Assembly (NCBI GenBank): GCA_963704165.1
Contig: CAVPHD010000005.1
Span: 192,001 to 256,000, forward strand
Length of the DNA: 64,000 nt
Direction of reading: 5' to 3'
Origin: an uncultured delta proteobacterium
GTDB taxonomy: Bacteria > Myxococcota_A > UBA9160 > SZUA-336
A program made the translations under genes and the position numbers. Below the pieces are notes generated by a model, which worked only from the letters and a program-made list of their open reading frames with translations, did no database searches and was not told where the DNA came from. Position 1 is the stretch's first letter; each line of letters begins with the position of its first letter. Shown in pieces: positions 1 to 9,899 of this stretch.

Positions 1-2
1 CA

Positions 3-386
3 CAGATCGTCGGCGTCGTCGCGGAGCGCGCGCCGACCTACGCGCTCTCGTTCGCCGCCGGGCGTGCCGTCCCGACCGATTCGGCGGATACGCTCGCCGA
101 CGGTCTCGCGGTTCGCGTGCCCGATGCGAATGCGCTCGCGCGGATCCGCGCCGGCGTCGAGCGGATCGTCGCGGTTTCGGAAGCGGAGATCCGCTCGGCG
201 ATCCGCGCCTACTTCAGCGACACCCACAACGTCGCGGAGGGAGCGGCCGCGGCTGCGCTCGCCGCCTGCCTGCGCGAACGTCCGGCCGTCTCGGGCAAGC
301 GCGTTGGACTCGTGCTCACGGGCGGAAACATCGACCGCGCGCTCTACCGCGCGATTCTCGACGAGGAGGATTCCACGTGCGACTGA
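3..386 (+). CDS. PLP-dependent threonine/serine dehydratase family protein, C-terminal part (5' end outside window)
   Basis: Frame open from base 3: ...TLADGLAVRVP...AEGAAAAALAA...GLVLTGGNID, fold-type II dehydratase C-terminal motifs. Confidence 0.8.
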   Translation, partial: QIVGVVAERAPTYALSFAAGRAVPTDSADTLADGLAVRVPDANALARIRAGVERIVAVSEAEIRSAIRAYFSDTHNVAEGAAAAALAACLRERPAVSGKRVGLVLTGGNIDRALYRAILDEEDSTCD

Positions 387-1951
387 CTCGTTCGCTGGCT
401 CAGGTCGTTCTGCTCGTGCTGCTCGGCTCCGGCGTCGCGCGCTCCGCTGACGTCGCGAGCGATGCATCGTTTCGCGACGGCCGAGCGCAGGTGTCTCGCG
501 CGCGCGCCGAGGTCGGCCCGACCCGACCGGCGACGAACGTGATCCTCTTCGTCGGGGACGGAATGGGCATCGCCACCGTCACGGCAGCCCGCATTCGCGA
601 CGGACAGCTTCGCGGCGAGATGGGGGAAGAGAATTTGCTCGAGTTCGAGAAGCTCCCCTTCACGGCGCTCTCGAAGACCTGGAACACCGACTTCCAGGTG
701 CCCGATTCGGCCGGCACGATGACGGCGATCATTTCGGGAGTGAAGACGCGTGCGGGCGTGCTCGGCGTCGATGCGAGCGTCGCGCGCGGCGATTTCGCAG
801 CCGCCGCGAAGGGGAGCGTGCCGACGCTGCTCGAGCAGGCAGAGGACCGCGGACTCTGGACCGGCGTCGTCACCACCACCACGATCACGCACGCGACGCC
901 CGGCGCATGCTATGCGCACACGCCCGATCGGAATTGGGAGGTCGATGCGGCCCTGCCCGCGGCGGCGCGAGAGGCGGGCTTTCCCGACATCGCGCGCCAG
1001 CTCGTCGAGTTCGCGCACGGCGACGGGATCGAGGTGGCGCTCGGCGGCGGGCGCGCGTTCTTTCTTCCCTCGACCGAAACCGATCCGGAGTATCCGCAGG
1101 CGAAGGGCGCGCGTGCGGACGGACGCGATCTCGTCGCCGAGTGGAAGAAGCGAAATCCCGGAGGCACGTATGCGTGGAACGCGGAGCAACTGAAGACGAT
1201 TGACGCGGCGAAAACGTCGCGGGTTCTCGGGCTCTTCGAGCCGAGTCACATGAAGTTCGAGACGGATCGCGCGAGCGATCCCGCGGGCGAGCCTTCGCTG
1301 GCCGAGATGACCGCGAAGGCGATCGAGCTGCTCGAGCGCGCGCCGAAGGGATACGTGTTGGTGGTCGAAGGCGGGCGGATCGATCACGCGCACCACGCGG
1401 GCAACGCCTACCGGGCCCTCGGCGAGACGATCGAGCTCTCGAACGCCGTCCGCGTCGCGCGCGAGCGCACCGACCCGGCGAAGACGCTGATCGTGGTCAC
1501 CGCGGATCACAGTCACACGCTGACGATCGCCGGCTATCCGAAGCGCGGGAATCCGATCCTCGGATTGGTCGTGGGCTCGTCGGGAGAGTCCCCGCTCGGT
1601 ACGTCGCCCGCGCCGGATCTGGCCGGTCATCCATACACGACGCTCGGCTACGCGAACGGACCGGGCTACGTAGGCGCGAGCGACGTCCAGCCCGAGGGGC
1701 CGAAGCGCCTGCCGCATTTCGCCAAGAGCTCGACGGCGCCAAAGCTCGGCCGTCCCCAGTTGGCGAGCGTGGACACGGAAGCGGCATCGTACCTGCAGGA
1801 GGCCACGCTGCCGCTCGCCTCGGAAACACACGCCGGAGAAGACGTTCCGATCTACGCGGGCGGACCGGGAGCTGCGCTCTTCCACGGCACCCGGGAACAG
1901 AACTTCATCTATCACGCGCTGGCCTCGGCGCTCGGGATCTCGTCCCCGTAG
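377..1951 (+). CDS. phoA: Alkaline phosphatase (PhoA family), secreted
   Basis: Signal peptide; motifs VGDGMG, VPDSAGT (Ser nucleophile), THATP, EGGRIDHAHH, TADHSH, ETHAGEDV. Confidence 0.92.
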   Translation: MRLTRSLAQVVLLVLLGSGVARSADVASDASFRDGRAQVSRARAEVGPTRPATNVILFVGDGMGIATVTAARIRDGQLRGEMGEENLLEFEKLPFTALSKTWNTDFQVPDSAGTMTAIISGVKTRAGVLGVDASVARGDFAAAAKGSVPTLLEQAEDRGLWTGVVTTTTITHATPGACYAHTPDRNWEVDAALPAAAREAGFPDIARQLVEFAHGDGIEVALGGGRAFFLPSTETDPEYPQAKGARADGRDLVAEWKKRNPGGTYAWNAEQLKTIDAAKTSRVLGLFEPSHMKFETDRASDPAGEPSLAEMTAKAIELLERAPKGYVLVVEGGRIDHAHHAGNAYRALGETIELSNAVRVARERTDPAKTLIVVTADHSHTLTIAGYPKRGNPILGLVVGSSGESPLGTSPAPDLAGHPYTTLGYANGPGYVGASDVQPEGPKRLPHFAKSSTAPKLGRPQLASVDTEAASYLQEATLPLASETHAGEDVPIYAGGPGAALFHGTREQNFIYHALASALGISSP

Positions 1952-1963
1952 CATGGTGCGCGC

Positions 1964-3214
1964 ATGAGTGAACCCGTGGATGCGATCGTGATCGGCGGCG
2001 GAATCATCGGCACCGCGAGCGCGTACTACCTGGCCGAACGCGGCGCGCGTGTCGTCCTGCTCGAGCGTGGCGAGATCTGCTCCGGCGCCTCGTACGGAAA
2101 CGCGGGATGGATCTTTCCCAGTCACGGCTCGCCACTGCCGGCGCCCGGTGTCATCGGCCAGGCGCTTCGCTGGCTCTTCGATCCAGAGAGCCCCTTCTAC
2201 GTCGAGCCGCGCTTCGATCTCGAGCTCGCGCGCTGGCTGTTCGGCTTCTTGCGCGCGTCCACGGCCTCTCGCGCGCTGGAGACGCTTCGATTGAGCCGGG
2301 AGCTCTCGCTGGCGAGCCTTTCGCTCTGCGCCGAGCTGGCGGCGCGACCGGGCATCGACTTCGGCTTCGCCCGGCGCGGGCTGCTCGTCCTCTGTGAGAG
2401 CGACGCCGGCATCGAAGCTGCGCACCACGAGCTCGAGACGCTGCGCGGACTCGGCGGCGACGGCCGCGCGCTCTCACCCGACGACGTTCGGAAGCTCGAG
2501 CCTCGTGTCGCGGGGAGGATCACGGGCGGCGTGCTCTTTCCCGTCGATGCCCACGTGCAGCCCGCGCGACTGGTGCAAGCGCTCGCGGGCCTCGCATCGT
2601 CCCACGGAGCCCGCATCCTCACGGGCCACGAGGTGCTCGCGCTCGAGAGCGAAGGGCGGCGCATCGTTCGCGTGCGCACGACTCGGGGCGACTTCGACTC
2701 GCGTGAAGTCGTGATCGCCGGCGGTGCGTGGTCGCCCGGGATCGCACGTCAGCTCGGCCTTCGGCTTCCGGTCCAGGGCGCGAAGGGTTACAGCGTCACC
2801 GTTCGGTGTCCCCAGGGCTTCGGTGAGATCCCGATCATGCTGTCCGAGTCGAAGGTGTTCATCACACCGATGGGCGAGCAGCTTCGCTTCGGCGGCACGC
2901 TCGAGCTCGCGGGGCTCGATCTGTCGGTGAACCTGCGCCGCGTGCGCGCGGTCCAGCGCGCCGTCGCGCGCGTCCTGCCCGGTGTCGAGCGTGAGCCGCA
3001 CGTCGAGACCTGGCGCGGTCTTCGACCGCTCACGCCCGACGACCGACCGATTCTCGGCCGCACGCGGGCATTCGAGAATCTCGTCGTCGCGACCGGTCAC
3101 GGCATGAGCGGGATCTCGCAAGGCGTGATCACCGGCAAGCTCGTCGCGGAGACGATCGCCGGCGACCGGCCGAGCCTCGACATCACGCCGTTCTCACCCG
3201 ATCGCTTCCGGTAG
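1964..3214 (+). CDS. D-amino acid dehydrogenase / FAD-dependent oxidoreductase (DadA family)
   Basis: VIGGGIIG Rossmann motif, GASYGNAG, KGYS, WRGLRPLTPD, TGHGMSG, C-terminal PFSPDRF. Confidence 0.85.
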   Translation: MSEPVDAIVIGGGIIGTASAYYLAERGARVVLLERGEICSGASYGNAGWIFPSHGSPLPAPGVIGQALRWLFDPESPFYVEPRFDLELARWLFGFLRASTASRALETLRLSRELSLASLSLCAELAARPGIDFGFARRGLLVLCESDAGIEAAHHELETLRGLGGDGRALSPDDVRKLEPRVAGRITGGVLFPVDAHVQPARLVQALAGLASSHGARILTGHEVLALESEGRRIVRVRTTRGDFDSREVVIAGGAWSPGIARQLGLRLPVQGAKGYSVTVRCPQGFGEIPIMLSESKVFITPMGEQLRFGGTLELAGLDLSVNLRRVRAVQRAVARVLPGVEREPHVETWRGLRPLTPDDRPILGRTRAFENLVVATGHGMSGISQGVITGKLVAETIAGDRPSLDITPFSPDRFR

Positions 3215-3382
3215 GTCATGGAGATCCCAAGCGTCGGTCACTCGGCGCTCGCGACTGGCGACAATGTCACCGGCCCATCCTCTACGATCCTCCGCTCTAC
3301 TGAGTCGCGCCTCGCGCGGGGCGGTTCACGCGGCGATCGCGTCTAAAGCCGGAGTCCGCGACTCGTCGATGAGAGGCGCAGC

Positions 3383-3844
3383 ATGCGCGTCCTCGTCGCC
3401 TCGCTCGTACTCCTGCTCGCGGGCCCGCCCGCGAAGCCGGTCGAGGCGTGGCCGCATGCGATCGAGAAGACGTCGTTCACCGGCGTCCTCGTCACCGTTC
3501 GCACGATCGCGATCGACGGGCTCGAGGGTCTGGAAGTCGACGAGAACGCGCTGCTCGAGCAGAGCGTGGATCTGGCCTGGGACGACGATCAGATCCCGCC
3601 GGGCTGGGTGGCGCCGCGGACCCGGTACGCCGCGCGGCCGGTTCCCCTCTGGGAGCTCGGCGGCGCCGACCGCGGTGGCCGCGTCTTTCACGGCTCCGCG
3701 CTGACCGCGTTGCTCGGCGAGCTGGAGCGGACCCTGCGCGAGCGAGGCCTATCGGACGCGCGCGTCGCGCTGGATGCGAAGGCGCTCTCCCGTCTGTCTA
3801 CACCGGGAAGCGACGGCCTGCTGCTGCTCCGCGTCCTGCGCTAG
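3383..3844 (+). CDS. Hypothetical secreted protein
   Basis: Signal-peptide-like N-terminus MRVLVASLVLLLAG; coding-like composition; no family recognised. Confidence 0.55.
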   Translation: MRVLVASLVLLLAGPPAKPVEAWPHAIEKTSFTGVLVTVRTIAIDGLEGLEVDENALLEQSVDLAWDDDQIPPGWVAPRTRYAARPVPLWELGGADRGGRVFHGSALTALLGELERTLRERGLSDARVALDAKALSRLSTPGSDGLLLLRVLR

Positions 3845-3892
3845 CAAGGGCTCGATCGGCGGGGTACGCTCGGCAGCTCTCTCACGGAGGAA

Positions 3893-4428
3893 GTGATGCG
3901 GCCGATCCTCGGCTCCCTGGTGGTGTTGGCGCTGGCGGTGGGCGCGGGCTGCGGCGAGCCCGCCGAGACCCCGGCCAGCCCGTCCAGCGAAGGCGCGCCG
4001 ATCGCGCGCGCGAGCTATCCGTCGATCTGGGTCGACATCCTGGAGCAGCGCGATCGCGTCCACGCCGCCGTCTCGAAGGGCACCGACATGTGGCACCCGG
4101 AGTGCAAAGAGGTCTCCGCGGGCTCGGCTGCGATCGGTGCGCTCGCGATCGAGATGAGCCAGCGCGTCGATCAGCAGCTTCCCGAAGACGTGCGACGCCG
4201 CGGGGTCACCGACGATCTCGGCTATCTCCAGCAGAACATGTCGGGCGATGCGCGGTCATGCGATCGAGGAGGTCGTCGGTGGCCTGCCGCCGTACATGAT
4301 CGCTCTCGACGCGATCCTCCAGAGCATCGAGAAGCGACTGACGACGCGAAGAGATCGGGACCGAGAGCGTCGTGACGCGTCCCGGCTTCAACCCGTTCCA
4401 TCCGCCTCCGCCGCCCTCGCCGATCTGA
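3893..4428 (+). CDS. Hypothetical lipoprotein, two apparent frameshifts (~4248, ~4346)
   Basis: SD ggagga; lipobox AVGAGC; protein-like sequence continues across frames (MRGHAIEEVVGGLPPYMIALD..., then EEIGTESVVTRPGFNPFHPPPPPSPI*). Confidence 0.5.
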
Positions 4429-4429
4429 G

Positions 4430-4860
4430 AGCGAGGCGCCGGGGCAGGCGGGTGCGACCGAGCTCGAGCAGCCGTTCGAACTGACGCTTCTCGACCGGCA
4501 TCACCGAGAGCCGGGACTGCGTGACGAGCTTGAGCTTCGCGAGCGAGCGATCCGCGCGGATCGGGCGAGCGACACCGGCCGCTCGAACGCTCGCAGAGCT
4601 TCGATCTCGACGGCGACCCAGCGAGGGTCTTCGCTGGTCGGGTCCGGGCGCGCCGGTCCGCTGACGCGCGCGATCCCCACGACCTCGGCCTCGTGCGAGT
4701 GATAGAAGAGCACGAGGTCGGACTTCGCCATCGCCGCCAGGTTCTTGCGCGCCTCGTGGTTGCGCACTCCGTCCCAGAGCGTTCGCCCGTCCGCCACGAG
4801 CTGCGCGAAGGGATAGACCTCGGGTTCCGACTTGAGCAGCCAGAAAGCGCGCGCGGCCAT
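4430..4860 (-). CDS. EVE domain protein, frameshift near 4562; 3' end approximate
   Basis: WLLKSEP, WDGVRNHEARKNL, LFYHS, PDPT, PVSL; conserved tail LVTQSRLSVMPV lies in another frame. Confidence 0.8.
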
Positions 4861-6017
4861 CAGACGATCTTTCGGACGGACTCCGGCATCGTCTTGGCCA
4901 CGCGAATGATCGGAATTCCGGTCTGTCGCGCGTCGTACATCTCGCGCATCGCGCGCGGGAGATCCTCGAAGGCGTAGATCTCCTTGTGAACGGTGGGCTT
5001 GAAGACGACGCCGTAGAGCTCCGTCGCCGCCGCGCAGCCCTCGATCGTCTCGTAGTGGGTGTGATCGATCGTCACCTGCTTGACCGACTGAAGCGTCGAG
5101 TTGTAGGTGACCTGCTGCGAGAGCTGCCAACCCGAAGAGACGTTCACGCCGCAGCGCGCCGCGACCGCGAGCCCGGCGTCGAAGACCGGCCCGCGCAGCA
5201 TGTCGCAGACGATGTGCATGTTGACCGAGTTCGTGAGCTTCCGGACCTCGCCCTGGAACGCCTTCACGTCGTCACGCGAGGCAAAGCGATTGAAGACCTT
5301 CTGATCGATCCCCCGGATGCCCTGACGTTCAAGCGCTTCGCGGCGGTCGGGAGAGCCCGAACAGAACCAGGCGTGGTGCCCTTCGGACTTCGCGAGCATG
5401 AGGAAGCACTCGCCGACGCCGCCGCCGAACGACATCACGTTCAGGCGTCGCAATTTGGTGTCGGAAACCTTCAGACGGAAGATGCCGATCGCCCGCCGCC
5501 ACATGTGATAGGCCGTCGGTGCGCGCAGCGGCAGCGCCGCCATTTCCCAGAGGCTCAGTCCGCAGTCGAGCGGCGCGGGCACGAGCTGCCACTCGCCGAC
5601 CACCGCTTCGTCGGCGTACCACCCGATCGAGTCGGGCTGATCGTAAGCCCAGATGCGCAGCGCGTAGCCGTAGGTGTCGGGCTGGCCGTTGCAGTGGGTC
5701 AGCGCGATGTCACCGACCTTGAAGCGCTTGACGTCGTCGCCGACCGCGAGCACCTCGCCGACGGCCGAGTTCCCGGGATAGATCTTTCCGCCGCGCGTGG
5801 CGGCGATGCTGTCGGTATCGGCGAGGATGGCGTGATCGATGTTGTGCTCGCCCGAGACGGCGAGGATGCGCAGGTGCACGTCGGCCGGCCCCATCTTTCG
5901 CAGCTCGAGCTGATCGAGCTTGATCGCGTTGGCGAACTCGAACTTCGCGACGTCGCCCTTGACGCGTTCCTTCTCCTTGACGATGTCGGCGGCGCTGATC
6001 GAGTAGGCTTTGACCAT
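4860..6017 (-). CDS. Medium-chain dehydrogenase/reductase, divergent crotonyl-CoA carboxylase/reductase-like
   Basis: VLAVGDDVKRFKVGDIALTHCN, RIWAYDQPD, LSLWEMAALPLRAPTAYHM, FGGGVG, resembling Ccr motifs. Confidence 0.7.
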   Translation of the reverse strand: MVKAYSISAADIVKEKERVKGDVAKFEFANAIKLDQLELRKMGPADVHLRILAVSGEHNIDHAILADTDSIAATRGGKIYPGNSAVGEVLAVGDDVKRFKVGDIALTHCNGQPDTYGYALRIWAYDQPDSIGWYADEAVVGEWQLVPAPLDCGLSLWEMAALPLRAPTAYHMWRRAIGIFRLKVSDTKLRRLNVMSFGGGVGECFLMLAKSEGHHAWFCSGSPDRREALERQGIRGIDQKVFNRFASRDDVKAFQGEVRKLTNSVNMHIVCDMLRGPVFDAGLAVAARCGVNVSSGWQLSQQVTYNSTLQSVKQVTIDHTHYETIEGCAAATELYGVVFKPTVHKEIYAFEDLPRAMREMYDARQTGIPIIRVAKTMPESVRKIV

Positions 6018-6086
6018 GCCGACGATGATGAACGGGGCGCACCGCGGAGATCAAGCCGACGACGATCCGGAAACGGTAGGAAGCGC

Positions 6087-6800
6087 GTGCCCACTTCGAC
6101 CCGCCCCCGGATTCCGCTGCCCGACGAAGTCGTGTCGATGATCCGACGGAAGATCCTCGACGGATCGTTCGCCCCGGGCGAGCGCCTGCCGGCGGAGCGC
6201 GATCTGGCGGCGAGCCTGCGTGTGAATCGAAGCTCGGTTCGCGAGGCACTGAGGAAGCTCGAGGAGCTGCGCCTCGTCGAGATCCAGCGGGGTTCGGGCG
6301 CGCGCGTGCGGGACGCGGAGCACGCGAGCTTCGAGATCGTCTCGCCGCTGCTGCTCGAAGGCGGCGAACGCGGCCTCGCGCGGATTCGCGAGCTGCACGA
6401 GCTTCGCGAGGTTCTGCTTCCCGGCTTGCTGCAGCTCGCTCTGCGACGCGCGAGCGATGCCGAGCTCGAATCCTGCGTCGCGAGTCTACGCGACCTGACT
6501 CGGCCGGAACGGTCCGACGGCGAATTCCTCGAGTCGCTGCTCGAGCTACAGGTCTTGTTCGCGCGACTGACTCACAATCGTGTACTTCGGATCCTCGCGA
6601 ATTCCGTGACGCGGTTTCTCGGAGAGCACGGCCCGCTTCCCGATTCGGGTGAGATCGTGGCCGAGCGGCGAAAGCTGCGGTCGCTCCTCGAGCGTCTCGG
6701 AGTCGCGATCCTGGCGCGCGATTCGGAGACGGCCGACCGCGTCGGGCGGGAGCTGCTGCGGCGATCGACGGAGGCATTCGTGGGCGGAGCCCGGCCGTGA
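6087..6800 (+). CDS. GntR/FadR family transcriptional regulator
   Basis: GTG start after aggaag; PGERLPAERDLAASLRVNRSSVREAL wHTH; FCD-like C-terminus; divergent from the Ccr-like gene. Confidence 0.88.
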   Translation: MPTSTRPRIPLPDEVVSMIRRKILDGSFAPGERLPAERDLAASLRVNRSSVREALRKLEELRLVEIQRGSGARVRDAEHASFEIVSPLLLEGGERGLARIRELHELREVLLPGLLQLALRRASDAELESCVASLRDLTRPERSDGEFLESLLELQVLFARLTHNRVLRILANSVTRFLGEHGPLPDSGEIVAERRKLRSLLERLGVAILARDSETADRVGRELLRRSTEAFVGGARP

Positions 6801-6872
6801 CGGTTGACCCTGTGCACGCGGCGCGATAAAACCCGTCGGGCCCGGTGCTTTGCCGCCTAGGAGCAGGTGTCG

Positions 6873-7481
6873 ATGAAAACCCCCGTGCGTCCACGCCCCT
6901 CGACCGCGCGCCAGTCGCTCGAGTTCTTCAAGGGCTTTCTGAAGAACCCCCGCGAGGTCGGCTCGGTGATTCCGAGCTCGCGCTTTCTCACGCGCCGGAC
7001 ACTCGAGTGTGGCGACATCGCGCAGGCGCGCGTGATCGTCGAGCTCGGACCGGGTACGGGCGTGTTGACCCGTCGTGCGCTCGAACGGATGCGGCCGGAC
7101 GCGAAGCTCGTGGCGATCGAGATCAGCTCCGCGTTCGTCGATGTGCTGCGCAAGGAGCTCCCCGACCCGCGCCTTCACATCCACCACGGCAGCGCGACCG
7201 AGATCGAGGCCGCGCTCGCGAAGGTGGGTGAATCGAAGGCCGATCTGGTCATGTCCGGGATTCCGTTCTCGACGCTCGAGCACGGCGTTGGATTCGCGAC
7301 GCTACAGGCGGCCAAGCGGGTTCTCGGCGACGAGGGGCGTTTTGTCGCCTACCAGTTCCGCAGCCGGGTGAAGGATCTCGGCGAGCCGGTCTTCGGCGCC
7401 CGACCGGAGACCCACAGCGGCTTCTGGAACGTGCCCCCGATGAAGATCTACGTGTGGAGGCAGAGCGGGGCGCTCGCGTGA
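6873..7481 (+). CDS. Class I SAM methyltransferase, phospholipid N-methyltransferase (PmtA-like)
   Basis: FLKNPREVGSVIPSSRFL, VELGPGTG, SGIPF, FVAYQF, WNVPP. Confidence 0.8.
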   Translation: MKTPVRPRPSTARQSLEFFKGFLKNPREVGSVIPSSRFLTRRTLECGDIAQARVIVELGPGTGVLTRRALERMRPDAKLVAIEISSAFVDVLRKELPDPRLHIHHGSATEIEAALAKVGESKADLVMSGIPFSTLEHGVGFATLQAAKRVLGDEGRFVAYQFRSRVKDLGEPVFGARPETHSGFWNVPPMKIYVWRQSGALA

Positions 7482-8218
7482 ACGTCGAGTTCGCGAGCGG
7501 GGGCGATCGACTCCGCGCCGCGCTCTACCTGCCCGAGGCCGCAGCGGAGAGTTCGAGGACCCGCCCGCCACGGCCGGCCGTGGTGGTCATCCCCGACGTC
7601 TGGGGCCTCCACGATCCGTACCACCGGGTCGCTCGACGACTGGCGGACGCGGGCTTCGTCGCGTTGGCGCTCGATCTCTACTCGCGCGGCGAGAACCCGG
7701 GAACCCCCGCGGACATGCCGGCGGTGATGCGGTTCCTGCACCGCCTTCCGGATCGCCGTGTGCTCGCCGACATCCAGGCCGCCGTCGAGTTCCTGCGTGC
7801 GCGGCCCGAGGTCGGGGGCCGAAAGATCGGGCTGACCGGCTTCTGCATGGGCGGGAAGTACGCGTGTCTGGCCGCTGTTCACTGCACCGGCCTGTCCGCG
7901 GTCGTCTCCTGGTACGGCATGCTTCGCGCCGACACGATCGACGACGCGAATCCCGAGCACGCGATCGACGCCCTCGGGAATCTGTCGATTCCGCTGCTGG
8001 CGTTCTTCGGCGCCGAGGACGTGCTGATCCCGCAATCCGACGTCGAGAAGCTGCGCGAGCGGGCGAAGGCTAGCGGGTTGCCGATCGAGGCGGTGGTCTA
8101 CATCGGGGCAGGGCACGCCTTCGCGAACGATTCACGCCCCGAGAGTTTCCGCGCCGAGGCGGCGGAGGACGCGTGGACGCGCGCGCTCGCCTTCTTCTCC
8201 AGGCAGCTCGAGGTCTGA
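7478..8218 (+). CDS. Dienelactone hydrolase family protein
   Basis: GFCMGG nucleophile motif, GAGHAF; GTGA overlap with upstream stop. Confidence 0.9.
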   Translation: MNVEFASGGDRLRAALYLPEAAAESSRTRPPRPAVVVIPDVWGLHDPYHRVARRLADAGFVALALDLYSRGENPGTPADMPAVMRFLHRLPDRRVLADIQAAVEFLRARPEVGGRKIGLTGFCMGGKYACLAAVHCTGLSAVVSWYGMLRADTIDDANPEHAIDALGNLSIPLLAFFGAEDVLIPQSDVEKLRERAKASGLPIEAVVYIGAGHAFANDSRPESFRAEAAEDAWTRALAFFSRQLEV

Positions 8219-8220
8219 TC

Positions 8221-8604
8221 GTGGATCGGCCGACGAAGCACGAGCTGATCGCCGCGGTCCGCAGCTTCCTCGAGAAGGAACTCCTGCCCGAGCTCGAGGG
8301 CGTTCGCCGCTTCCACGCTCGCGTCTCGGTCAATGCACTCTCGATCGTGCTTCGAGAGCTCGAGCTCGAGGGTGAGCACCGAAGCGCGCAGCACGCGCGG
8401 CTCTCTGCGCTTCTCGGTCGAAACGACGCGAGGCCGTCCGACCCGCGCGAGCTCGATCAGGCGGTCGAGGAGCTGGAGCGCGCGCTCTGCGCCGCGATTC
8501 GCGGCGGCTTCGGCGCAGGTGGAGACGAACGCACGCGTCTGCTCGCACACCTTCGAGCGACGTCCAGCGAGCGCCTCGCCATATCGAACCCGACCTATTC
8601 GTGA
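8221..8604 (+). CDS. DUF6285-like small helical protein
   Basis: DRPTKHELIAAVRSFLE...FHARVSVNAL...RLAISNPTY pattern. Confidence 0.65.
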   Translation: MDRPTKHELIAAVRSFLEKELLPELEGVRRFHARVSVNALSIVLRELELEGEHRSAQHARLSALLGRNDARPSDPRELDQAVEELERALCAAIRGGFGAGGDERTRLLAHLRATSSERLAISNPTYS

Positions 8605-8637
8605 GCTAAGCTCGCCGCCGCCAACGCGGAGGGGTGG

Positions 8638-9891
8638 GTGAGAGAGGCCATCGCATCGGTGGCGCAGCTGCGCGCGTCCTCGACGAGCGTGGACGACGTC
8701 GATTTCTCCGACCTGCACACGCGGGAAGAGATCAGCGTTCGTACCGAGGACGGCTGGGTGCTCGCGCTCACGCGCTACCGCCCGCGTCCGCAGGCCTTTC
8801 CGCAGCCGCTGCTGGGTGTGCCGCTCCTGCTGGTGCATGGCTACACGCAGAACCGCCGTGCGTGGAGCTCCGGCGAGTTCGTGAAGAGCATGCTCTACTT
8901 CGGCGCCGATCTGTTCCTGCTCGAGCTGCGCGGCCACGGCAAGAGCGGAATCGACCAACAGAAGCGCGACGCTCGAGCGAGAGGCGTCGAGCCACCCGCA
9001 GATCTCGACTATCTCTGGGATCTGGACTCACACCTTCTGTTCGATCTGCCCGCGGCCATCGCCGAGGTCAAACGAGTCTCCGGTCGCGAACGCATCTTCT
9101 ACTGCGGTCACAGCCTCGGCGGAATTCTCGGCTACGCCTACGCGACGCTCTTCGACGACCTGCAGGGTTTGATCACGATCGGTTCGCCGTCCGACTTCGC
9201 GCGCCTGCCCGTGTGGCTGCGCCTGCTCGCGTGGGGCCCGGTGCTCGGATTTCCCGCGATCGACGCCGCGCTAGCCGCGGCGAACCTCGCGCGCATCGGT
9301 GCTCGTGCCCTGCAGCGCCTGCCCGGCCTGCGGCCACCGAAGCGCGGCTTCACTCCGTGGCGATTCCGGCGTCTGCCGTTTCGCGCCGCATTCCGCTGGT
9401 TCGAGGGGAATCTTCGCAACGGCGTACACGCGCCCCTGACGGGGCGTCTGCCGTTCAGTCGGCCGCTCTTGTATCAGCCTCGAAACGTCGCGCTCGGAGC
9501 ACTCCGGCCGCTGCTGCGCGAGGGTGGAAACGACGAGCCTCGCGCCACGCTCGAGCAGCTGGCGCGCTGGGCGCGCCGCGGCGAGCTCACGAGTCCGCGA
9601 CTGCGGCACGACATCGCCGCTGCATTCCCGCGCATCGGAATTCCGCTCGCGATCTTCTTCGGCGACGAAGATCCGCTCGCTTCCGTCCGCACCACGCGAA
9701 ACGTCTATCGAGCCGCCTCGAGCGAGTATCTGCTCTGGCGGCCGGTGCGGGGGAACAGTCACCTCGATCTGACGATGGGTTATGACATCCGGCAGATCTG
9801 TTACGACGTGAAGAACCTGATGAGCTACGCGCTCGACCACGAGAGCGGAGGCAATTCGCTCCCGCGCCGCCGTCGCGTTCGCGCGAACTGA
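8638..9891 (+). CDS. Alpha/beta hydrolase (lipase/esterase-like)
   Basis: TEDGWVLAL, LLVHGY, ELRGHG, GHSLGG, catalytic D (GDEDPL) and H (SHLDL). Confidence 0.82.
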   Translation: MREAIASVAQLRASSTSVDDVDFSDLHTREEISVRTEDGWVLALTRYRPRPQAFPQPLLGVPLLLVHGYTQNRRAWSSGEFVKSMLYFGADLFLLELRGHGKSGIDQQKRDARARGVEPPADLDYLWDLDSHLLFDLPAAIAEVKRVSGRERIFYCGHSLGGILGYAYATLFDDLQGLITIGSPSDFARLPVWLRLLAWGPVLGFPAIDAALAAANLARIGARALQRLPGLRPPKRGFTPWRFRRLPFRAAFRWFEGNLRNGVHAPLTGRLPFSRPLLYQPRNVALGALRPLLREGGNDEPRATLEQLARWARRGELTSPRLRHDIAAAFPRIGIPLAIFFGDEDPLASVRTTRNVYRAASSEYLLWRPVRGNSHLDLTMGYDIRQICYDVKNLMSYALDHESGGNSLPRRRRVRAN

Positions 9892-9899
9892 ACTGGGCC

